From assembly GCA_964359615.1 (NCBI GenBank), contig CAYHTX010000001.1, positions 1-25,808 on the forward strand: a DNA stretch of 25,808 nucleotides, given 5' to 3'. Origin of the DNA: an uncultured Gammaproteobacteria bacterium (GTDB lineage: Bacteria; Patescibacteriota; Patescibacteriia; Magasanikbacterales; UBA922). A program made the position numbers and the translations under genes. Below are positions 8,818 through 16,400 of the stretch, piece by piece. Under the pieces are notes generated by a model, which saw only the letters and a program-made list of their open reading frames with translations, was not told where the DNA came from and searched no databases. The stretch's first letter is position 1. Each line of letters begins with the position of its first letter.

Positions 8818-10449
8818 TTACGCTGATGACAACACGGTGAAACTGCCGCGCACCATGCCCATGGAACAGCTAAACTGCACCTCGCCCGATTTTTGCGGCG
8901 TAAAGGCAATGATATTTTTCCCAGGTTTGAGGAGTTGTTGAATGCCAAGTTCGCGCGAAACCATGACACTGGTACAGCCGGTGGCGTTGTCGCCGTCAAT
9001 TTCCCAGCGCACCGGAACGCCAACTTGAAGCGTAAAATGATTCGGCTCGTAGCCGGCGTAACCAATGCCCATGCTGATCACTTGCGTATTGCCGTCCATG
9101 ATGATTTTTTCGCTTTCAGATCCGCCGGACGCGATCGTCGGCGCAGTACCGAATGACGGAAACGAGACCGGATATCCGGCAATGGCGAGTCCGTTTTGGA
9201 TATTCCAGAGGCCGAGAATAATGACGAGCGCGCCGGAAAATTGCAGAAAAAATGTTCCGGCTTTGCCTTTGAGCGAACTCGACGCCAGTCCGAGCGCGAC
9301 CAGCGCCGGCGCTGTGCCAAGCGCGAATGCGAGCATGGTCATGGCCCCGGTCGTGAAACTCCCGGCCGTAAGAGCATAGAGTTGCAAGGCCTGGGTAAAT
9401 CCGCAGGGCAGGAAAAACGTCGCGGCGCCAAGTCCGAATGACGCGAGCGGATGATCGTGATGCTCGGCATCCATGATGCGGTGGGAGAGCCATTTTGGCA
9501 GGCGCGGGAGGAGTGATTTCATCCAGCCCGGCGCAATTCCCAAAATATCCAACCCCATAATGAGCATAAACACTGCCGCGGCGATGGTGATAAGCGCAGT
9601 CACCAGCGGAGACGGGGTAAGGAGCGCGCCGACCACGCCGAGAAGCCCGCCGAGGATCGTGTACCCGGCCACGCGCCCGGCGATAAAGAGCATGACAGGC
9701 CGGAGTCGCGCTACCCGGCCAGCCGCCGGATACCGCTCATTGAATTTGGCCGCGGCCGAGAGCAGGAGTCCGCCGGTCACCGCAATGCACGAAGAACTGG
9801 CGGCCACGAGTCCGACCAGAAAAACCGCGCCAAAACTGGTGGCGGCGCCCACAGCGAAGCTGGTTTTGAGAAGCCCGAGCGCGGAAAACAATTTTCCGAT
9901 GAGGAGAACCAGCGCGAAGAGGCCGACGAGCCGCCACAGCGACGGCCGGATTGCTCGAGCCATCAGACGTTCCGCTGCCGCACCCTTGTTTGTTTTCTTT
10001 CGAACGCGATACTTGTCATCGCCAAGTGCGGCCTGGAGTTCCGCGAGTGTTGGCACGCTGCCCTCGATCATGAGTTCGGCCGTGCCGGTTCCGGCATTCA
10101 CATTCACTTTTTGAATCCCAGGCAATTTTTTCCATTTTCGCTCAACCGTAATCTCACAGCTCCGGCAGGTCATGCCGTCGATCCCAACGCTCATCGTGGC
10201 GCAGGACGGCGTGGGTGACGCCGGAATCGGCTCGAGATAAAAGCCGTGCCGCTGAAGATCATCGCTTATTTTTTTGAGATCAAGCGGCGTGGCGCTCACG
10301 ATTCGCATGAGCCGCTTGCCGAGATTCACGTCCACCCGCTCGATACCCGGGATTGGCGCGAGGAGTGAACGCAATCGCTGCTCGGCCGCGGCGTCCGTAA
10401 GCGCCGCAACCGAACATTTATAGATGCAAGGTTCAGATGATTGATTCAT
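8818..10449 (-). CDS. HMA + DsbD_2/TauE-SafE-like membrane domain + C-terminal cupredoxin-like fusion protein
   Basis: A degenerate HMA-like domain, then GMTCRSC HMA, then a multi-TM core with 'ASSSCIAVTGG' and 'FLPCGFTQ' cysteines, then C-terminal 'GYEPNHFTLQVGVPVRW...GC...FSCSMGM'. Confidence 0.85.
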   Translation of the reverse strand: MNQSSEPCIYKCSVAALTDAAAEQRLRSLLAPIPGIERVDVNLGKRLMRIVSATPLDLKKISDDLQRHGFYLEPIPASPTPSCATMSVGIDGMTCRSCEITVERKWKKLPGIQKVNVNAGTGTAELMIEGSVPTLAELQAALGDDKYRVRKKTNKGAAAERLMARAIRPSLWRLVGLFALVLLIGKLFSALGLLKTSFAVGAATSFGAVFLVGLVAASSSCIAVTGGLLLSAAAKFNERYPAAGRVARLRPVMLFIAGRVAGYTILGGLLGVVGALLTPSPLVTALITIAAAVFMLIMGLDILGIAPGWMKSLLPRLPKWLSHRIMDAEHHDHPLASFGLGAATFFLPCGFTQALQLYALTAGSFTTGAMTMLAFALGTAPALVALGLASSSLKGKAGTFFLQFSGALVIILGLWNIQNGLAIAGYPVSFPSFGTAPTIASGGSESEKIIMDGNTQVISMGIGYAGYEPNHFTLQVGVPVRWEIDGDNATGCTSVMVSRELGIQQLLKPGKNIIAFTPQKSGEVQFSCSMGMVRGSFTVLSSA

Positions 10450-10473
10450 AATAATTCATTTTCAGTTATTAAC

Positions 10474-10534
10474 AAAAAAGCCTCATACCCACAAACGCTG
10501 CTTCCATCAAAGAGAAAACAGCCGGGTATTAGGC
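10474..10534 (-). terminator. Terminator-like hairpin + U-tract overlapping the stop codon of the upstream ORF (candidate attenuator)
   Basis: Minus strand GCCTAATACCC (10534-10524) pairs with GGGTATGAGGC (10490-10480) at 10/11 positions. Inner stem GCTGTTTTC/GGAAGCAGC (9 bp, 2 G-U) with an 8-nt loop, followed by TTTTTT (10479-10474). Confidence 0.65.
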
Positions 10535-10954
10535 GTACAATTTTGGCTGAAGGATACCGTCTGAAAAAAGCGGTAAAAGATAATTGTAGCGTCTCGCATC
10601 GCGCCAGCCTCTCGCGTAAAACAAAAACCGGCTGACCGCTCGAGGCATCGCAGACAAATGATTGAACACCACAAACACAACAACCGCCGCAAGGATAATC
10701 AAAATCCAGCCGCTGCCATTGACGGCAAGCGTCGCCGCGATCATGCTCTGCCAGACAGCCACGTGCTCACTCAAGTCCATCCCGCAATTCTGCCCCGGAA
10801 TGCAGTCAGGTGTCATGTGGTGCGACCCAGTCATATTCATGCGGCTCTGCATGATCGGGTTGGCGCAGTCGAATATGCCCGCATAGACGAGCGTCGCAAA
10901 TGCGAGGAGCGTTAAAGTGCTGAGGATGAAGGATGAATGTTTTGCCCGATTCAT
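10529..10954 (-). CDS. Hypothetical Cys/His/Met-rich membrane protein heading the copA unit (candidate leader/sensor)
   Basis: 141 aa from ATG 10954: hydrophobic N-terminus, 'DCANPIMQSRMNMTGSHHMTPDCIPGQNCGMDLSEH', a TM helix, and C-terminal 'LFSDGILQPKLYA'. Confidence 0.7.
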   Translation of the reverse strand: MNRAKHSSFILSTLTLLAFATLVYAGIFDCANPIMQSRMNMTGSHHMTPDCIPGQNCGMDLSEHVAVWQSMIAATLAVNGSGWILIILAAVVVFVVFNHLSAMPRAVSRFLFYARGWRDARRYNYLLPLFSDGILQPKLYA

Positions 10955-10982
10955 AAATACGTCCACGCGTATAACATCTCAC

Positions 10983-11010
10983 AGTATAGCGCAGTCCATG
11001 AAAAAGGCAA
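10983..11010 (-). promoter_or_regulatory. Putative sigma70 promoter for the leader/copA unit
   Basis: Minus strand TTGCCT (11010-11005), 16-nt spacer, TATACT (10988-10983), about 30 nt upstream of ATG 10954. Confidence 0.55.
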
Positions 11011-11341
11011 GTACCGGGTATTCCACATAGAGTCATCCTGTCACTTTCATATCGTTGTCATATATATAGTATACGCACACGATGATACGACATCCGCGGA
11101 GGGAAGAGAAAAAAACACGCGCATTATATCAACGACCCGGAAACAAACAGACTGAGGAAGATCCCGGCATCTACTCTCGTCCATTTCATGCTGATGAAAT
11201 AAATTTTTCGCACCGCTTCTCGCGGCAGCACGAAAAGTTATGCACAGCTCGACCCTTGAAAGTATTCCATTTGCAAAAAATATGCTTTATACTATCTTCA
11301 GGGTCGATAGTCCTGACAAAAAAAATATTTTGAAGGACAAA

Positions 11342-11378
11342 AAACTTTTTACACTCATGCTTGTCGTGTAAAAAGTTT
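11342..11378. repeat. Perfect 13-bp inverted repeat with 11-nt spacer
   Basis: AAACTTTTTACAC-TCATGCTTGTC-GTGTAAAAAGTTT. Confidence 0.8.
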
Positions 11379-11461
11379 CTCGCATCATGATCGTGATTGC
11401 GCGGTGCATCCCGCACACGCGCAGACCATTTGGTATACACCATGGTTATATCAAAACACGT

Positions 11462-11484
11462 TCATGATGAATAACTCATCATGA
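11462..11484. promoter_or_regulatory. 9-bp perfect inverted repeat directly upstream of an SD (operator or 5' hairpin)
   Basis: TCATGATGA-ATAAC-TCATCATGA, immediately followed by GAGGAGGTG. Confidence 0.5.
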
Positions 11485-11499
11485 GAGGAGGTGCACAAT

Positions 11500-11601
11500 A
11501 TGCCAAAGAAACGCAAAGCCGCAAAGAAGAAAGGCGGCAAACGGAAAGCCGCCAAGCGCAAAGGCGGAAAGAAGAGAAAAGGTGGTAAGAAGAAAAGATA
11601 A
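11500..11601 (+). CDS. 33-aa Lys/Arg-rich histone-H1/protamine-like microprotein
   Basis: MPKKRKAAKKKGGKRKAAKRKGGKKRKGGKKKR*. Strong SD (AGGAGGTG) upstream and a terminator downstream. Below the ORF-track length cutoff. Confidence 0.8.
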   Translation: MPKKRKAAKKKGGKRKAAKRKGGKKRKGGKKKR

Positions 11602-11609
11602 ATTCTTCG

Positions 11610-11639
11610 AAAATTCCCCGGTGATACCGGGGGATTTTT
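11610..11639. terminator. Bidirectional intrinsic terminator
   Basis: AAAATTCCCCGGT-GAT-ACCGGGGGATTTT(T), between two convergent stops (11601 and 11643). Confidence 0.85.
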
Positions 11640-11642
11640 ATC

Positions 11643-12917
11643 TTATTCTAGCGTTAAACTCGTCTGCCGCGGCTGCCCACGACCCTCCCCCTCGCCAAAC
11701 ACTTTAACGACCCCGAAGACTCCATCATACCCCGGCTCGATGACAATGTTCCCCGCTCGCACCCGTTTTACGGCTTCGGCAATCTGGGGCGATGACGCTC
11801 GCGCAATGGCGGCACAATCCGCATGGAGCAGAATAAAAAATTCATTGCCGACGTTTTTTATGAGCGCGTCATAGGCCTCTTTCACTCGCTTCGACTGAAC
11901 GCCACAGCCCAGTGTATCAGAAAGAATTTCCGGCAGCGGCACAAGGCTTTTGTACGGAATTTTCCTTCCGTGGCGCGCCGCATCGCGTGAGCGATCGGCG
12001 AGGTCGTTCACGCGATGCATGACGCCAACGACAAGCGGCTTCTTACACTTCGGGCACATGCCGCCGCGCCGTTTTGTTTCCTCCGGTTCGCAAAAAAATT
12101 TGCAGAGCCGGTGGCCATCGAGATGATATTTTCCCTCTTCTGGATAAAATTCAATCGTATATAAAAATTTTTCTTTATCTCCTTCGCGCAGAATTCGCAT
12201 GATCTCGTCATAGGTGATGTCGCGTTCGTTCGAAAACTGCATCACATTTGCCTCCATCCCAAGCTTCTGCGGACTATGGGCGTCAGAGTTCGAAATGAGC
12301 GTAATCGTGTCGAGGGCTGACCAGCGCCAGTTCATGAGGGGATCGCTCGAGAGACCGGTTTCGATCGCAAAAATATGCGGCGTTAATTCCTCGAAACACT
12401 CTTCCATGGTGTTATAGCCGCCACGCGAGCCAAAAATGCCGAACCAGGGCGTCCAGGCATGCGCCGGGATCATGACCATGCGCGGGTCAGCCTCGAGCAT
12501 GAGTTCCAAAATCTGCTTTGAGGTGAGGCCGAGAATCGGACGACCGTCAGCTCGGATATTGAAACCCCGATCTTCGAGCTCTTTATTGAACTTCGCTGCA
12601 ACCTCGAGTGTCGGCGCAAAGAGCAAGTGATGCACGCGCCTGGTCGCGGCCCCGTGTTTTTTGATCGAGGCGACTTCAGTGCCAATCATAAATCGCGTCG
12701 GACTCGAGCCGTCTCTGAGTTTGTACATGCCTTCATTCTCTGGAACGAGCCACTCAGTCATATGCTCGAACCACTTGGGATGCGTGAAATCCCCGGTGAC
12801 CGCAATCTGAATCCCGCGAATTTCGCAGGTCTTCGCAATGTTCGGCAGCACGAGATCTTTCGAGCACGCCCGAGAATAGCGCGAGTGGATATGGAGGTCG
12901 AGAATTTGTTCGATCAT
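11643..12917 (-). CDS. Endonuclease Q family protein (PHP domain + Zn finger)
   Basis: Start at ATG 12917 (MIEQILDLHIHSRYSRACSK). Motifs TGDFTHP, IPAHAWTPWF, ETGLSSDP, SNSDAHS, GKYHLDGHRLC...CPKC, PGYDGVFG. Confidence 0.85.
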   Translation of the reverse strand: MIEQILDLHIHSRYSRACSKDLVLPNIAKTCEIRGIQIAVTGDFTHPKWFEHMTEWLVPENEGMYKLRDGSSPTRFMIGTEVASIKKHGAATRRVHHLLFAPTLEVAAKFNKELEDRGFNIRADGRPILGLTSKQILELMLEADPRMVMIPAHAWTPWFGIFGSRGGYNTMEECFEELTPHIFAIETGLSSDPLMNWRWSALDTITLISNSDAHSPQKLGMEANVMQFSNERDITYDEIMRILREGDKEKFLYTIEFYPEEGKYHLDGHRLCKFFCEPEETKRRGGMCPKCKKPLVVGVMHRVNDLADRSRDAARHGRKIPYKSLVPLPEILSDTLGCGVQSKRVKEAYDALIKNVGNEFFILLHADCAAIARASSPQIAEAVKRVRAGNIVIEPGYDGVFGVVKVFGEGEGRGQPRQTSLTLE

Positions 12918-12942
12918 ATAGTGGTTCACGGGTGTAGAGAGT

Positions 12943-12971
12943 AGTATCTCACTCTCCATCCGCCTTGACAA
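12943..12971 (-). promoter_or_regulatory. Putative promoter of the EndoQ gene
   Basis: Minus strand TTGTCA (12971-12966), 17-nt spacer, GATACT (12948-12943), preceded by TG (extended -10). Confidence 0.5.
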
Positions 12972-12993
12972 TCCTGACGAACCTGCGTACTAT
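12965..12993 (+). promoter_or_regulatory. Near-consensus sigma70 promoter pointing into a region with no long ORF
   Basis: TTGACA (12965-12970), 17-nt spacer, TACTAT (12988-12993). Confidence 0.75.
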
Positions 12994-12999
12994 CAACTA

Positions 13000-13394
13000 C
13001 CGATGCTTATCACCGCATGCCTCCTGAAGCCGCTTCGTGAGACATGCCGTGAGGAAGCGACTGTTCGTGCGCTGAGTCGCGGCACTCCCTACGGGGAGGA
13101 CTGAAAAACTGAATAGCCCACACGTCGGCCTGCAAGGGGCAGGCGGACATACACGTCATGTGTTTCTCAGAATCGCGTCGGTGTGACGCGCGGACGGCAA
13201 CCCATTGAACCAGTAATTGCCGTTCGTTAGATTATATGTGGTCAGCGGTCAGGTCCCGAGACCACAAAAGGATCACTGGTTCCGCCTGCCCTAGACAGAT
13301 CTGGATGCCAGACTGGAGAGAGCAAACGACACAAGGGGACAGGGGGCTGGGGAGCAGAGCATCGCTCCCCGCCCCGCCCAACTTACCAGACTTC
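13000..13394 (+). ncRNA. Putative structured non-coding RNA of unrecognised family (~400 nt)
   Basis: Bounded by its own promoter and terminator. Multiple helices, including a perfect 11-bp long-range pair (13137-13147/13281-13291) and a loop pseudoknot (13207-13214/13275-13282). No convincing long ORF. Confidence 0.55.
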
Positions 13395-13430
13395 AAAAGA
13401 GCCCTACAAGATTATTGTGGGGCTCTTTTT
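13395..13430. terminator. Bidirectional intrinsic terminator
   Basis: AAAAGAGCCCTACAA-GATTA-TTGTGGGGCTCTTTT(T): 15-bp stem with A- and T-tracts on both sides. Confidence 0.9.
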
Positions 13431-13452
13431 CCTATAACACTTTCTCACGGCA

Positions 13453-16400
13453 TCACCTGGCATTTTTCAGGACGTATGTCTTCAATGTTTCTGCCGTGTT
13501 ATAGTCGCGATAATTCACCCCATTCGTGTGATACGGTAACTCCGCACCCGAGAATAACACGTCCACCTTCCCATCACTGTTGAAATCCGCCATCGCCACC
13601 CCGCCTTCGGCCACATATTTCGGCCGGCCGGAAAGAAAGCCGAGGCCGCTCGGGAGCGAACCGCTAAAACTCGCGAGATATTCGCTCGGGTGGACTGCCG
13701 TAAAAGTGCGATTGCCATTATTCACGAAGATCACATCTTCATAGACATACGGATTATCCGTCACGGTGTAATCTCGATGATGGCCTTGTACAAACACTTC
13801 CGGATAGCCGTCGCCGGTCAAATCCCCGACCGCGATGCTCGGCCAATCGAGGTTGCCCGGCCCGCCGTTCGTCGTCCCATCCGGATCCTGCGGCCCGGTG
13901 TTCTCCCAGATCTCAAAATTTTTACCAGTCCCGTTCACGTTAAATAGGACCGCAAAATCATAGTGTTGGCCATTTTTTCCAGGTTCCCCGCTTTGTCCGG
14001 TCGAGGAGCCGGCAATAATCACGTCATTCTTACCGTCGCGGTCAAGGTCCGCAATCGCCATCTGGGCGTTGTCCATCCCGTGACAAGAATTGATGTCCGT
14101 ACGCACTGATTCTGAAACTTTGAGGCCATAGGCAGAAATGACCGAGAGCGCCGGTGGAGCAAACCCGCTACTCCCACCCAAATTCGCATGCGTCTGTCCA
14201 TACATGAGACGTTCACCGCTTGTGATCGTTGCGCCACTGCCACAACTATGAGAACCAAACAAGATGTTCGAGTTGCCGCCAACTGCAATCTCCGGATAAC
14301 CGTCGCCGGTCAAATCCCCTGCGGCAATCGTGCCGCCGTAAGTGATGCGGTGCGAGAAATCACGCTGATGTGCGTCCCAAAGATTTGTGCTCGTGTTCCA
14401 GGCATACCACAGTCCACCGTTTTCACCGCCATCAGAATTGAACACCAGGTCATCCCGACCATCACGATTCACATCCGCCGCCGCGAGCCCGAGCGAGGTG
14501 CTGTTATTTGCGAAGTCGAGTTCGTATTTCGTGAAATTCCAGCTGCCATTATTCATGAAGCTCGCAATATTGCCACCGTTCCGCATCTCGACGGCAAAAT
14601 CTTTTCGTCCGTCTCCATTGAAGTCGCCCACAGCGAGCGTCGCCCCGCGGTTGCCGTTTTCGTTCGAGAGGGTTTGCTGTAGTTCAAAACGGATCGCGCC
14701 GCTCAGCGACGAGACATTGCGATAGAGCCGCAGTTCCTCGCTCCCGCCCCCGGGGTTATCTGAAGAATGATACATGGTCCGAAAGTGTCCGATCGCGACC
14801 ACATCCGTGTCCCCATCGCCGTCAAAATCGGCTGTGCCAAAAGAGCCGCCGTACATGCCGGGGATGCCGTGATTATCTTCGCGCGTGAGCGTGAGCGTAG
14901 TATTCGGTGCTGTGACCGGGGTTGCTGCTGGCGGGGCAGTCACAGGTGCCTCAGGCGGAGCGGGAGCGGGAGTCGGTTCGACGACCGGCGTCACAACACC
15001 GCCGACCTGATACGCACCGATGTCATAGCTCTTTCCAACCCGGCTGACGCCATCTTTATCTGCGACTACGGTAGTGAGCGTTTCCCCTTTTCCAACCGCC
15101 GCCGTGTAGAGAGCCGTACCTGTCTTCGGCTTCAAATTGCGTGCCACGACACTTTCAAAATCATTGGTGCTGTAGGTGCTCCCGAGGATAATATTTGACC
15201 CTCCGGTATGCGTTCCGCCCGAACGATCGAGAATTTGTTTATCAAGAATGTTATTCCGGACATCGGCGGTTGAGCCACTGTAACGCACGTCAATCGAAGA
15301 ATTTCCGCCGCCGGTGTAGGAGTTGATAAACGTGTTATTGTAGACCTGGGTATCATTCCCGTTTTCGAGATAGAGCGCTACGTCTTTCGTGTTCAGGCTG
15401 ACGTTGTTGCGTACAACGCCATCCCGGTGTTCATAGGTCGTATTCTGATCGCGGAACCACTGGGCGCCGGTCGTGCCGCCGATCGAGATCGAGACATCAT
15501 TGTCGTAGAACAGATTATTTTCGACAATCGTATCCTGGCTATTCCCTTTCATGAGAATCCCCCAGGCCACGCCGCTGTCTTTCTTCACCCCATGAATCAC
15601 ATTACTCCGAATGATCCACCCTTTGACGCCAATGCCATCGATGCCTTCGGCCACGCTATAATTCGTCGGTTCGCGAAAAAAGATCTCCGTATTTTCTATG
15701 AGGAGCTTGTCCGGATACGGCGCAGCGCCGGCGCCCGACCCTTTGACCCCGCCCTCAGCGCCGCGGTAGACTTCCATTTTTCCGCCACGGATCACGACGT
15801 CGTGGCCATCGGTGTCGAGCTTGTAGGCGTGATAGGCGCCGCTGCCATTTACTTTCACATGCAGATTTTCAAAAATATAGTAAGGGTGCTGGATATGAAA
15901 GGCTTCCTCAGCGCCGTTCGTTTCAATGATTGCGCCGTTTTCATTTTGTGCGCGAACGGTAATCGGTGCGCCCTGCCTACCGCCGCGCTGGGTCGTGATG
16001 CGAGTTCCAGAAAAATTGTACGTGCCGTCAGAGAGCGTGATGGTATCCCCTGGTACCGCCTTGCCGACCGCATCACGCAGAGCGGAAACCGTTGATACGA
16101 GCGTGCCGACCACGGCTGGCGGAGTCGCCGCGATCGGAACATCTGGGATATTCGTACTGGCTGAAATGGTTGGCAGCCGATCGACCCGATACAGCGCGGC
16201 CAACTCGTCATAGGAAGAAATGTACTGCCGCTCGACTTGTCCGTTCGCAGTGCGAACAACTTTATACACTTCCGGAGAATTTTGATATGTATACGCCATG
16301 CCCGCTGGGTAGTCTGCCTGCGATCGAATCGTCGCCTGTACTGTGTACCGAGCAATCACATCACTCGTCACGTCTTCGATCCACCGCCACTCTAATTCCA

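Noticed and set aside
10485-10529. ATACCC...GGGTAT as a second CsoR operator (also GTACCGGGTAT at 11011-11021)
   Set aside because: In the first, the half-sites are 33 nt apart, unlike the compact operator at 4720-4742, and are better explained as an RNA stem. The second is too short and lacks the G/C tract.
11082-11443. ORFs 11082-11333 (+) and 11186-11443 (-) in the long intergenic region
   Set aside because: No SD, no motifs, AT-rich homopolymer runs and mutual overlap; likely non-coding.
11521-11598. Repeats in the Lys-rich ORF, or FG-GAP DNA repeats, as a CRISPR array or VNTR
   Set aside because: The repetition is at the amino-acid level with synonymous variation; there are no identical repeats separated by unique spacers and no cas genes.
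13067-13382. Group II intron reading (GTGCG at 13067, DVI-like hairpin ending in AAC at 13382)
   Set aside because: No catalytic domain V (AGC triad hairpin) upstream of the terminal hairpin, no bulged A, no interrupted gene and no RT.
13050-13390. tmRNA, RNase P or SRP identity for the orphan RNA (GCAAACGAC 'AND', CCTAGACAGAT, GAGGAAG, TCAGGTCC fragments)
   Set aside because: Only isolated short matches. There is no T-arm/CCA acceptor end, no GAGGAAAGUCC with complementary P4 strand, and no complete SRP helix-8 motif. A covariance-model search is still needed to exclude a diverged member.
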